Below are positions 39,001 through 47,868 of a stretch of DNA of 64,000 nucleotides, one piece after another. The notes beneath the pieces are model-generated. The model saw nothing but the letters and a program-made list of their open reading frames with translations, was not told where the DNA came from and did not search any database. The number at the start of each line of letters is the position of its first letter. The stretch's first letter is position 1. The stretch covers positions 1,731 through 65,730 of the forward strand of contig JAYEJA010000049.1 in assembly GCA_034660395.1 (NCBI GenBank), written 5' to 3'. Both the position numbers and the translations under genes were made by a program. This DNA comes from Actinomycetota bacterium. Its GTDB lineage: Bacteria; Actinomycetota; Humimicrobiia; Humimicrobiales; Humimicrobiaceae.

Positions 39001-39196
39001 CCTTATAGACACGGGAAAGGATATGATGAACACCCGGCGCACCGTTGGCAGTAGGGGGACCCTCGTAAAAAACAAACCTTTCCTTACCTTTGTTTTTTTC
39101 AAGAGTCTTTTTGAAAATATTATTCTTATCCCAGAATTTTAGGATTTTTTCTTCCAGTTTTACTAAATCAACGTTACTATCAACCTTTTTAAACAT
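36050..39196 (-). CDS. ileS: isoleucine-tRNA ligase
   Basis: PPTANGAPGVHHILSR (HIGH) and KMSKS motifs, 1048 aa, C-terminal zinc-binding region. Confidence 0.95.
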   Translation of the reverse strand: MFKKVDSNVDLVKLEEKILKFWDKNNIFKKTLEKNKGKERFVFYEGPPTANGAPGVHHILSRVYKDIFPRYKTMKGYDVPRKAGWDTHGLPVELEVEKELNINSKKEIEEIGIEKFNKMCRQSVMKYEEEWQKLTRRIGFWLDMDNAYLTFKNDYIETVWWILKNIWDKDLLYQDYKIVPYCPRCGTALSSHEIALGYKEVEDYSIMVKFPHGEKENTYFLVWTTTPWTLISNAAAAVKRDADYAEVEYKGEKLIMAKNLVGDVLGEDAEYNICRTFKGSEIISSGYSPIYDYAGGDKNAFKIIGGDFVSVEEGTGIVHIAPAFGEDDMNAGKENNLPLVQMVDEEGRFKKEVKKFAGLNIEKSNPEVIKELEERKLLFGVKKIKHPYPFCWRCNSRLVYYAKKSWYIKTSKIKKDLLKSNEGVRWFPEHIKYGRFGKWLEGNIDWALTRERYWGTPLPVWLDENGHKVCIGSIEELKEKAVNLPGKLDLHRPYVDDIVIKCPECGKEMRRVPEVIDVWFDSGSMPYAQFHYPFENKELFKDNFPADFICEAIDQTRGWFYTLLAISTLLFKKTSFKNVLCLGLINDENGQKMSKSRGNVINPWDILNKQGADSIRWYFFTGVSPWLTKNFSMKAIDEVIRKFILTLWNTYTFFVIYANIDNFNPYGHDLKVEERLEIDRWILSELNSTIKKVNELMDDFNVTESGRAIQNFVDVLSNWYVRRSRRRFWKSEEDRDKISAYKTLYECLVEITRLCAPFIPYLSEEIYGNLTGSIGKGKESVHLEEYPAHDENLIDKDLSFKMDIARRVVNLGRAVRSKTRIKIRQPVEKVTLYFDEDKGKKEAVNHLKGIITSELNVKKIEFAGDINELVSYDIKPNLSILGKKYGSMVPGIKKKLLSEDLVRTALKVKNGKNISLAIDGKHIELLPEEIIVEVSNKEGLGIESDGEITAGIPTVIPENLLEEGLCRELVHQVQNLRKEADFKIENTIDLAIEPGIKEDILKKFRNYIMKETLSKSMGHDFKDDMFVKEVKVNDRKIKIGIRVTGSIV

Positions 39197-39273
39197 AAAC
39201 CCAATACCCTCAAAATATCCTGTTTTTACAAATTATGACTCCAAAACTATTTAATAAATTTTATATAATTAGA

Positions 39274-40074
39274 TTAATTTTGTGAAGTAGAAATATCACT
39301 GTCCCCGATAAGCTCCTGCAGGATTTTTGCTGACCTCACTGCCTGTGCTTTATAATGGTTATTAAAGTAGACCATGGTTTTCCCTGTGTTTGCAGCCACC
39401 TTTTTAATCCCTGGCACCCACTCTGCCAGCTCTTCCCTGCTGTAGAGATAGTCATATCTCTGGTAAGAAAATTTTGGGTTCCACCAGTTAAGATTATTTC
39501 TGCCGTGAAATCTTATATAACCGTTTTTACTGGTATTAATACCTGTGGGCGGCAATAAACCTTTAAGGCGGGGTTCATCAACATTGCAGAACCCTATATC
39601 TGATTCCGTTAAACAGTTGAAAGTTTTATCCTTTAACCAGCTATTATTTCTAAATTCTGCACAGAGCTCCAGATCCTTAAAACTTTCCCTGATGCTCTTA
39701 AGATAATCGCAATTCTTTGTGCTAAATTTAAAAGACCACGGAAACTGTATTAGTACGGCACCCATCCTTTTACTCTTAATAAAAGGTTGAAGTGATGAAA
39801 CAAACTGACTTATATCCTCTGATTTAAAATCTCTGGAATGTGTAACACCGCTATGGGCTTTTACCGAGAAAATAAAATCACTGTCCACCTTATCAGCCAT
39901 TCCCTTAAATATTCGGGGGTATGGCAGCTTATAATAAGTAAAATTGATTTCTACAGTATTAAAAAATTTACTATAGTATTTTAGCTTCTCTTTTTTATCA
40001 AGTTCCGACGGATAAAAATTAATATTCCAATCTTCGTAGCTATATCCGGAAGTTCCAATAAAAATATTCCTCAT
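39274..40074 (-). CDS. DUF72 (YecE-like) family protein
   Basis: MRNIFIGTSGYSYEDW N-terminus typical of DUF72/UPF0759. Confidence 0.8.
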   Translation of the reverse strand: MRNIFIGTSGYSYEDWNINFYPSELDKKEKLKYYSKFFNTVEINFTYYKLPYPRIFKGMADKVDSDFIFSVKAHSGVTHSRDFKSEDISQFVSSLQPFIKSKRMGAVLIQFPWSFKFSTKNCDYLKSIRESFKDLELCAEFRNNSWLKDKTFNCLTESDIGFCNVDEPRLKGLLPPTGINTSKNGYIRFHGRNNLNWWNPKFSYQRYDYLYSREELAEWVPGIKKVAANTGKTMVYFNNHYKAQAVRSAKILQELIGDSDISTSQN

Positions 40075-40078
40075 TAAT

Positions 40079-40405
40079 CTATAAAAATTGAGAAAGCTCG
40101 CTTAATATTTTGTCTTTAGGCATGGCACCTACAAGAACCTTTGCTATATCTCCGCTTTTAAACAGCAGCAGTGTGGGAATACTGCTTATACCGTATTTCA
40201 TGGCTGTATTTCTATTCTCATCTACATTAAGCCTGCCAATTTTCAAATCATCTCCTCTTTCCTTTACCAGTTTTTCAATCTCGGGCTCTATTAACCTGCA
40301 GGGACCGCACCATACGGCCCAGAAGTCTACCAGAACCGGCTTCTCGTAATTAATTACTTCACTGTCAAAATTTGAATCTGTAAATTGATGAACAACTTCA
40401 GACAT
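40079..40405 (-). CDS. trxA: thioredoxin
   Basis: WAVWCGPCR active site, 108 aa. Confidence 0.9.
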   Translation of the reverse strand: MSEVVHQFTDSNFDSEVINYEKPVLVDFWAVWCGPCRLIEPEIEKLVKERGDDLKIGRLNVDENRNTAMKYGISSIPTLLLFKSGDIAKVLVGAMPKDKILSELSQFL

Positions 40406-40466
40406 TACTACTCCTTCTAATAATACTTTTTCATTTTTTAAAACGATTCTTTATGAAATTCTTTAA

Positions 40467-40724
40467 TCACAGATATTCTATCATCTCAATTTTTTCTACA
40501 TTTATAAAAACAATTTCCCTTACGGCCTTCTCATTATCCATGATTTTCCCGGAACCATCTATATAAATAACTTCTGCATCAGACACCGGTATGAATTTAT
40601 CTTTTTGCGAGGTGATATAGTCACTCAATCTTCCATTTATCAGAGTATGAACCGTACCCCTGACAATACTTGATTCAGTCTTAATTTTTACCTTTACCTT
40701 TTGCTTTTCAATCTTCATCTGCAT
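40467..40724 (-). CDS. hypothetical small protein (85 aa)
   Basis: ORF with reasonable coding composition and no recognised domain. Confidence 0.4.
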   Translation of the reverse strand: MQMKIEKQKVKVKIKTESSIVRGTVHTLINGRLSDYITSQKDKFIPVSDAEVIYIDGSGKIMDNEKAVREIVFINVEKIEMIEYL

Positions 40725-40941
40725 GGTATTGAAACCTCCGTTATTAATTCTGAGAAGATATTATCAGAGGTATTTTTTTTAGTCAAATAAATCATTTATT
40801 ATTAATCAAATATTTAAAATAAATACATTAATACCTGATTTATAATAAAATTTTTATATAATTTGTATTAATATTGTATTGTTTTTAACAGGTAATATAC
40901 TATAATAACTTATAATTACTTAATTAATTTCATAAACTGCA

Positions 40942-41172
40942 ATGGAGGTAACAATGTACAAATGCATGAAATGCGGAAACACCTATAAGTTCATAGGTAC
41001 TGTAAAGGAAGAAGGAAAAGCATATATTTATCAGAATCCGGATAATAAAAATACACCTGATTCCATTACATGGGCTTTTATGGCAACGGACAATAACTGG
41101 AAAAGTTCACATAATGCAGTCAGGTGTTTTTACTGCAATTCAACCGAAATAGCAAAAATTGATTTACCATAA
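40942..41172 (+). CDS. hypothetical small zinc-ribbon protein (76 aa, CxxC...CxxC)
   Basis: MYKCMKCGN...RCFYCNS, preceded by the RBS GGAGGT. Confidence 0.4.
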   Translation: MEVTMYKCMKCGNTYKFIGTVKEEGKAYIYQNPDNKNTPDSITWAFMATDNNWKSSHNAVRCFYCNSTEIAKIDLP

Positions 41173-41217
41173 TCTTCTATAGACCGAAATCATTTCAATC
41201 AAGCAACCGGGGGTGCT

Positions 41218-41949
41218 TTAATGTTCTTTTTTAAATTCTTCCCTTATGAGATGGCTTGCCCTGTAAAGAGCTTCAAAGGAAGTGCCTGCATCACTCCACC
41301 ATCCCTCAAGCACGGAATAGGTCATTATACCCCTTTTAATATACTCATTATTAACATCGGTTATCTCCAGTTCGCCTCTATCAGATGGTTTTAGACCGCT
41401 GATTATTTCAAATACATCGCTATCATACATATAGAGCCCGGCAACAGCATAATTACTCCTTGGTTTTCTGGGTTTTTCCTCAATATTTATTACATTGCCC
41501 TCTTTAATTTCAGCAACTCCGAATCTTTCGGGGTCTTTAACTTCTTTCAAAAAAATCCTTGCGCCCTTCTCCTGCTCCTCAAACGCTTTTATCGCATTTG
41601 AAATATCATCCTGAATCATATTATCACCGAGCATGACTATTACCTTATCTTTATCAATAAAATTCTCGGCAAGCCTCAGGGCATCGGCAATACCGCCCTC
41701 GCCCTCCTGATAGGTATAACTTATATCTTTAAGCCCGAATTCCTGTCCATTACCCAGAAGTCTTAAAAAGTCACCTGCATAGTTTCCTCCCGTGACTATC
41801 ATTATATCCTCGAGGCCTGCACTAACCAGGGTTTTAATAGGATAATAAATCATTGGCTTATCATAAACCGGCAGCAGATGCTTATTTGTGACCTTGGTAC
41901 ATGGCATAAGGCGAGTTCCCAGTCCACCTGCAAGTATTACTCCCTTCAT
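41218..41949 (-). CDS. sugar-phosphate nucleotidyltransferase (short-form glucose-1-phosphate thymidylyl/uridylyltransferase-like)
   Basis: MKGVILAGGLGTRLMP...TNKHLLPVYDKPMIYYPI N-terminal NTP-transferase signature. Confidence 0.75.
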   Translation of the reverse strand: MKGVILAGGLGTRLMPCTKVTNKHLLPVYDKPMIYYPIKTLVSAGLEDIMIVTGGNYAGDFLRLLGNGQEFGLKDISYTYQEGEGGIADALRLAENFIDKDKVIVMLGDNMIQDDISNAIKAFEEQEKGARIFLKEVKDPERFGVAEIKEGNVINIEEKPRKPRSNYAVAGLYMYDSDVFEIISGLKPSDRGELEITDVNNEYIKRGIMTYSVLEGWWSDAGTSFEALYRASHLIREEFKKEH

Positions 41950-41969
41950 TTTTTAGAATTCACCCCTCT

Positions 41970-42899
41970 TTATATAATTTTACTTATCAAATAAAAACCG
42001 GCTACAGCTAACGCCAGACAGACACAGTATATCGCAAAAATGTTTAAATTTCTTTTTCTTGTAAGAAAAATAATAAATTTCACTGCTAATAATCCTGCCG
42101 AGTAAGCAGCTATAAAGCCCGCTGCAAGATTTTGTCCGACCTGTATGCCGCCATTAAAAATAATATCCGATGAACGATATAACTCGAATACAAATGAACC
42201 GAAAATAATGGGGACTGAAAGTAAAAAAGAAAATCTTACCGCTTCAACCCTTTTTATTCCATAAAAGCGCGCAAAAGATATGGTAGCTCCCGACCTCGAT
42301 ACTCCGGGAAATATGGCCAGCGCCTGGCCTATCCCTGTCATTATTGCTATCAGACTATTAAAACCTATCTTTCCATTACCTATATCCCCTTTAATAATCC
42401 TATTTCCAGCTGTAATCCCACTGTAATCTCCATCCATGGTCTTTTTAGTTCCCGGGGCATCTCCTGCCATTTTTTTCTCCACTTTTTTCCCTCTTAATTC
42501 TCCAAGCCATAAAAATAATGCCGTAACCAGAAGAAAACCAGCGGCAGCCAGCGGCTTTGTAAAAAGGCCTTCAAAATAATCATCCAGGAAAAATCCTGCA
42601 ATCGCAGCAGGTATACTTGCAATAATTAAAAAGATTCCCAGTTTAAAATTATTTGATTTCCTTTTATTTTTTATAAAAATACCAAGAATCACAGCTTTTA
42701 TAATTCTATAAATTTCCCTGTAAAAAACGGTTACTACCGAAGCCAGCGTTGCAAAATGCACCGTCACTATAAAATAAAGGGGAGGACTTTCCCATCTGAA
42801 TAGATAGGGGAATATAACCAGATGTCCGGAGCTGCTTATGGGCAAAAATTCGGTAGCTCCTTGAATTAAACCTAAAATGATTGACTGTATTATTTTCAA
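41970..42899 (-). CDS. uppP: undecaprenyl-diphosphatase (BacA/UppP), with an atypical cytoplasmic insertion of about 45 aa
   Basis: GLIQGATEFLPISSSGHL and PGVSRSGATI motifs. Confidence 0.85.
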   Translation of the reverse strand: MKIIQSIILGLIQGATEFLPISSSGHLVIFPYLFRWESPPLYFIVTVHFATLASVVTVFYREIYRIIKAVILGIFIKNKRKSNNFKLGIFLIIASIPAAIAGFFLDDYFEGLFTKPLAAAGFLLVTALFLWLGELRGKKVEKKMAGDAPGTKKTMDGDYSGITAGNRIIKGDIGNGKIGFNSLIAIMTGIGQALAIFPGVSRSGATISFARFYGIKRVEAVRFSFLLSVPIIFGSFVFELYRSSDIIFNGGIQVGQNLAAGFIAAYSAGLLAVKFIIFLTRKRNLNIFAIYCVCLALAVAGFYLISKII

Positions 42900-42986
42900 C
42901 TTATATAATTATAAAAATTAATTTTTAATAAATTTACGGCTAATTTTTAAAATATAGCATAAAATATCTAAAAATAAAAAAACAGA

Positions 42987-43487
42987 ATGGATTTTTCAGA
43001 CTTTTTTGAATTTATATCGCCCAGGGCAGTAACTTTCCTTACAGCAATGACACCTGTAGGAGAACTCCGCGCATCAATCCCAATCGCCCTTTCAAAGTAT
43101 GGAATGAATATTTTCGAAACTTACATAATATCCGTTCTGGGAAACATGATTCCCCCTATAGCCATATTATGGATTCTTGACCCCGTATCAAAATTTCTAA
43201 TGAGCAGATACAAACTTGCCGATAGATTTTTTAAATGGCTTTTTAACCGTACCCGCAGAAAGCATTCTAAAAGATTTAAAAAATATGAAGGTTACGCACT
43301 TGTCGCATTTGTGGGAACACCGCTTCCTATTACAGGCGGCTGGACCGGCGCTTTAATCGCATTTGTTTTCGGCATCCCCCCAAAACGCGCCCTGCTTCAT
43401 ATATTTATTGGCGTTCTTACTGCAGGAATAATAGTTACAACAATATGCCAGACAGTGGGCTATGTAAAATTTATTATTGCCGGCTGA
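42987..43487 (+). CDS. small membrane protein (putative small multidrug-export / COG2426-like family)
   Basis: 166 aa with 4-5 hydrophobic segments. Family assignment is tentative. Confidence 0.4.
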   Translation: MDFSDFFEFISPRAVTFLTAMTPVGELRASIPIALSKYGMNIFETYIISVLGNMIPPIAILWILDPVSKFLMSRYKLADRFFKWLFNRTRRKHSKRFKKYEGYALVAFVGTPLPITGGWTGALIAFVFGIPPKRALLHIFIGVLTAGIIVTTICQTVGYVKFIIAG

Positions 43488-43498
43488 AATTTTTAAAA

Positions 43499-44899
43499 TT
43501 ATCTTCCGCTTATAGTTACATTTCTTAATAGAAGCGAAGGACTGCCTATATACCCGTTTAGAGGGAAAAACTCAAGGTCTCTTCCAGCTTTTTCTATACT
43601 TTTACAAAAACTTAATATATCGGTAGCTATTGTCACTTCTTTAACCGGAATTTCGGTTTTGCCGTTTTTCATCCATAGACCTTTGGCTCCAACGCTAATC
43701 TGGCCTGATATATTATTCACTCCCGAATGCATTCCTATTATATCTATTACGTAAAAGCCCTCATTTAAATCTCTTAGAAGTTCATTAAAATCGTATTTTG
43801 ACGGCTCAATATAAAAGTTTGAAATACCTACTTCCGGAGTTGAGCGATATGAAGCCCTCACGGCATTGCCTGTTGACAGGGTCTTATCCTTCCTCGCAGT
43901 AAAAGTATCATAAAGGTAAGTTTTAAGACAACCTTTTTCAAATACACCGGTCCTGCCCTTTACAACACCTTCCCCATCAAAAGGTCTGGAGGAAAGACCT
44001 TCCGGCAGTGTACCGTCATCAAATATATTTATATCAGCAGAAAATATTCTTTCCCCTATTTTACCTCCAAAAACCGATTTCTTTTTTTGGACCGAATCAG
44101 CTGTAATACCATCTGCTATTACACTTAAAAATTGCGCAGAAACAGAAGAACCAAGAAGGAGGCTCACCCTATCCGATTTTATTTTCTCCCCTCCCAGAAT
44201 TGATACGGACCTTTCCGCCGCTTTATCCGCAACGCGGTCCAGGTCAATATCATCCGGAGACCTGCCGCACCCAAAATAATCACCGGTGGAAGTATTATTC
44301 CCTTCCCGTGAAATAGCATTCACATAAATCATGCAGGTAGTTTTTTTATAATTATCACAGAATCCTTCAGAGTTTAAGATGGCTGTCTCGTATATGCTAT
44401 CCTGGTAAGAAACATTTTCTATATCGGAAATTCTCTTGTCCCTGCTTCTGGTCAGATCTTCAAGTTTCTTCGCTATCGAGACTTTATCCTCTATCCTGTA
44501 ATTAAGTAAACTCTCCCTGAACAACAACTTATCGCTTATAAGCTTTTTTTTATAGGTATATTCTTCTTCTACAGGAAGATAATTATATTTTTCCCTACCG
44601 GTTATTTTACTGTTTGATACGGCTCTTTCGATGCAATCTTCCATACTGCTATCTTCTAATACCGTTGTATATGCATAACCTACCGATTTATCCTTAAAAA
44701 TTCTTATTCCTACACCAATTGAGTCCGAAAATGATAATGTTTCTATTTTACTTTTAAAAATCTCTATTTCATTATCTACTGAACTTGCCGTAAAAACCTC
44801 AAACTCATCTACATCGTACTTTTTAATTTTCCCGGCGGTACTCTTACAAATATTTAACAGCTGCTTTTCCCTTGATTTATATCTTCTATTATTCTGCAT
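43499..44899 (-). CDS. pmbA: metalloprotease PmbA/TldE
   Basis: TldD/PmbA fold without the HExxxH motif. It is directly downstream of tldD with an 11-nt overlap. Confidence 0.8.
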   Translation of the reverse strand: MQNNRRYKSREKQLLNICKSTAGKIKKYDVDEFEVFTASSVDNEIEIFKSKIETLSFSDSIGVGIRIFKDKSVGYAYTTVLEDSSMEDCIERAVSNSKITGREKYNYLPVEEEYTYKKKLISDKLLFRESLLNYRIEDKVSIAKKLEDLTRSRDKRISDIENVSYQDSIYETAILNSEGFCDNYKKTTCMIYVNAISREGNNTSTGDYFGCGRSPDDIDLDRVADKAAERSVSILGGEKIKSDRVSLLLGSSVSAQFLSVIADGITADSVQKKKSVFGGKIGERIFSADINIFDDGTLPEGLSSRPFDGEGVVKGRTGVFEKGCLKTYLYDTFTARKDKTLSTGNAVRASYRSTPEVGISNFYIEPSKYDFNELLRDLNEGFYVIDIIGMHSGVNNISGQISVGAKGLWMKNGKTEIPVKEVTIATDILSFCKSIEKAGRDLEFFPLNGYIGSPSLLLRNVTISGR

Positions 44900-46286
44900 C
44901 TCTATCTTTTATACCTCCCACAGTAATTTTACTGACCTTTATGGTTGGCTGGCCTACTTCATTTGAAACAGACTGCCCGCTTTTACCACAAAAACCGGGC
45001 GCAAAATCTAAATTGTTTCCTACCGCTTCTATCTTCTTAAGTATCTCCATTCCATTGCCGATTAGCGTTGCACCTTTTATGGGAGAACCAAGCTTCCCAT
45101 TTTCTATCATGTAGCCCTCACTTATTCCGAATACAAAATCCCCTGTTGCCGGGTCAACCTGGCCGCCTGCAAATTCTTTCGCATATATACCTTTACTTAC
45201 AGATTTTATAATTGACTCCGGGTCCTCTTTCCCGCTTTCTATATAAGTATTGCTCATTCTTGGAATAGGCACATGCCTGAATGACTGCCTCCTGCCATTC
45301 CCGGTCTGTTTACCTTTCATTTTTTTAGAAGTCCTCAGGTCATAAAGATAGTTTTCAAGGACCCCGTCTTTTATAAGTACGGTTTTACGGGATGGAAAAC
45401 CTTCCCCATCAAATTTATATGAGCCCCAGTGATACTTAATAGTGGAATCATCAACAGCAGACACTTCCTCGCCTGCAATTTTTTTACCTATCATTCCCTT
45501 AAAAACCGATGCATCTTTCATTACCGCATCGGCCTCAAGGCCATGGCCGCATGCCTCATGGAAAATAACTCCTCCAAAAGCCGGTCCTATTACCACAGGA
45601 ATTTCTCCCGTCGGGGCATTAATTGCGTCAATCATATTAACAGCAATCCCGGATGCATCTTTAGCCAATATTGCCGGATCTTTTAAATCAAACATTTCAT
45701 AACCGCCCGTTCTGGCAATTGATTTATATCCGGATGCTGCATTATTCCCCCTTCTGGCTACTACATTTACCGCTAAAAATGTCCTGACCATCTTTTCAGA
45801 TGAATAAGAACCATAGGAATTTGCAATAAAGATATCTTCCTCCACATCAGAAAGAACAGATGTTACCTGGATTATTTTAGAACTGTAATTCCTTGAATTT
45901 TTATCAATAATCTCCAGAATTTCCTTTTTCTTACCGGGATAAATACCTGACGGGGGTTTCTTTATATTTGATGCGTAAGAACTTTCGGATTCGTTAAGGT
46001 TTAAAACTTTAAGAGAGCTGCTGCCGTTCAGGGCAGAACTTAAAACTTTAGCTGCATTTATAAGTTTCTCTTTTTCAAGGGAATCTACAAAGGCGTAAAA
46101 AGTGCTATCGCCAATCCATAACCTTAAACCGCAGCCTACCTCATAACCGCTGCTGGATTTTTCAATTTTACCATCATCTAATCTTAAATTATTAAAAACT
46201 CTTTTTTGTACAAAAATTTCAGAAAAATCTGCACCATTTTTAAGTAATATATTTAGAATCTTTTTAGTAAGTCCGTTATCAAGCAA
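44889..46286 (-). CDS. tldD: metalloprotease TldD
   Basis: HEACGHGLEAD zinc-binding motif. Confidence 0.85.
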   Translation of the reverse strand: MLDNGLTKKILNILLKNGADFSEIFVQKRVFNNLRLDDGKIEKSSSGYEVGCGLRLWIGDSTFYAFVDSLEKEKLINAAKVLSSALNGSSSLKVLNLNESESSYASNIKKPPSGIYPGKKKEILEIIDKNSRNYSSKIIQVTSVLSDVEEDIFIANSYGSYSSEKMVRTFLAVNVVARRGNNAASGYKSIARTGGYEMFDLKDPAILAKDASGIAVNMIDAINAPTGEIPVVIGPAFGGVIFHEACGHGLEADAVMKDASVFKGMIGKKIAGEEVSAVDDSTIKYHWGSYKFDGEGFPSRKTVLIKDGVLENYLYDLRTSKKMKGKQTGNGRRQSFRHVPIPRMSNTYIESGKEDPESIIKSVSKGIYAKEFAGGQVDPATGDFVFGISEGYMIENGKLGSPIKGATLIGNGMEILKKIEAVGNNLDFAPGFCGKSGQSVSNEVGQPTIKVSKITVGGIKDRDAE

Positions 46287-46305
46287 TATTGCCTACATTC
46301 TCTTC

Positions 46306-46713
46306 CTATGAAAGGTCTTCTTCTACTTTTTTCGCTTTTTTCTTTCCCTTCTTAACTGTCTTTTTTATTTTATCTCCCGCTTTTCTGGCTTTAGAGCTCA
46401 CATTCCTGGATACACCGGATACTTTTACTTTTCCCTTCTCTGCAAGTTCTTCTCCCCTGCTTCTCATTTCTGCAATTTTGACCTTGCCTTTATCTATATA
46501 TTCCTTCGTTTTTCCTGTAGCTTTATCCAGCTCGTCCCTTGTCTTTTTTACAAATTCATTGCTTTTTTCCTTTATTTCCTTTCTTGTTTCAGCTCCTGAC
46601 CTGGGAGCAAATAAAACCCCCAGTATAAAACCAGCAGACAATCCAACAAGAAGCGACGTTAATATCCCCGAGAAATAATTCCTTCCATTGTTGTTATTAT
46701 TTTCTTTTGTCAT
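46306..46713 (-). CDS. ytxH: YtxH-like membrane protein
   Basis: N-terminal TM with Gly-zipper and the LFAPRSGAETRKEI hallmark, then a K/E-rich coiled coil. Confidence 0.6.
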   Translation of the reverse strand: MTKENNNNNGRNYFSGILTSLLVGLSAGFILGVLFAPRSGAETRKEIKEKSNEFVKKTRDELDKATGKTKEYIDKGKVKIAEMRSRGEELAEKGKVKVSGVSRNVSSKARKAGDKIKKTVKKGKKKAKKVEEDLS

Positions 46714-47087
46714 TCTTTGTCCTCCTCGCTCTCATTTTCCCCATCATTTTTTAACAGACTGTTTATAAGGCCCGCCGAAGTACTTATTACCTTAATTATG
46801 GGACTTGTTACAATTACGCGGGCAAGTCTTACTATCTTCTCCAGCTGCTCTACTATTGAGCTTATGCTCTGGGTAAGATCGGTTATTGAACTTACTTCAG
46901 TATTTAAATTAGTGACAGTATCATTTAACTTTTCTATAACAGGAATAATATTTTCATTTAACTTATCTGCCATAAATCTAAGCTTATTGACTAATCTAAA
47001 TAAGGGCACGGCAATAATTATCCCTACCAATGAAAAAACGGAAATTAAGATTATGGCAACAATACCCACTATTTCTAACGATGTCAT
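46710..47087 (-). CDS. ytxG: DUF948 (YtxG-like) membrane protein
   Basis: N-terminal TM and helical DUF948-like body. It overlaps ytxH by 4 nt, as in Bacillus ytxG-ytxH. Confidence 0.55.
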   Translation of the reverse strand: MTSLEIVGIVAIILISVFSLVGIIIAVPLFRLVNKLRFMADKLNENIIPVIEKLNDTVTNLNTEVSSITDLTQSISSIVEQLEKIVRLARVIVTSPIIKVISTSAGLINSLLKNDGENESEEDKE

Positions 47088-47250
47088 ATTGACCTCTTCA
47101 TTTTTGTTGTAAAATAAACATCTAACATTATATATATTTTGTTTCTTTTATTCAAAAAATAAAAAAATTAAATTATAATGATTTATTAATGAGTTGCCTT
47201 ATCAATAAGTTGCCTTATAATATTTAATTAAAAAGCGGAGAAAAAATAAT

Positions 47251-47823
47251 ATGAAAATAATAAAATCCAAAATTAAAATTTTAGCTGTAAGTGCTGCATC
47301 AATCTTATTAATTCTCATCTCTATCTCCTGCACCCCCGGAGCAACTGAAAAAATTGATGTTGACCAGAACGGAACGCAGGAAGATACACTATCTGAAGAT
47401 GAGATTAAAGAATTGGAAGAAGCAGTTGAAGCCGTAGATTATGAAAATGCTGAAATTGGCGCGGAAATAAAAGGTTATATACCTTCCTTCCTCTGCACTG
47501 ACAGCGATAACTATATAAAAATTGAAATTACTAATAATTCCGACTTCACATGGAGAAGTGATGGTCAGAATATTGTAAGAATCGGTTACCATTACTATGG
47601 ACAGGATGTTGAATATTCCGACTACGACAAAACAGCGCGAATTACCCTCCCGGACAATTTAGAACCGGGTGAAAGTGTTACTTTGGATGTTATGATAAAC
47701 GACATAGTTAACGAAGGCACCTATGTCATACAGATCGACCCTGTTGTAGAAGGGAAATTCTGGTTTTCTTCAAAAGATGTTGAAGTTCTCCAGGGTAAAG
47801 TCTTTTTTGGCTCCTGTAAATAA
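47251..47823 (+). CDS. hypothetical lipoprotein
   Basis: Signal peptide with lipobox ISISC, and an acidic linker before a beta-rich domain. Confidence 0.55.
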   Translation: MKIIKSKIKILAVSAASILLILISISCTPGATEKIDVDQNGTQEDTLSEDEIKELEEAVEAVDYENAEIGAEIKGYIPSFLCTDSDNYIKIEITNNSDFTWRSDGQNIVRIGYHYYGQDVEYSDYDKTARITLPDNLEPGESVTLDVMINDIVNEGTYVIQIDPVVEGKFWFSSKDVEVLQGKVFFGSCK

Positions 47824-47868
47824 TAAAATCTGTACCATACGCAGCCGGCACCGCTCCGAAAAGTCTGT

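Noticed and set aside
39197-39273. T-box, SAM, L-box and purine riboswitches near ileS, metK, lysC and purC
   Set aside because: Upstream gaps are too short (36-77 bp) and lack the conserved motifs. Absence is reported as a finding rather than a feature.
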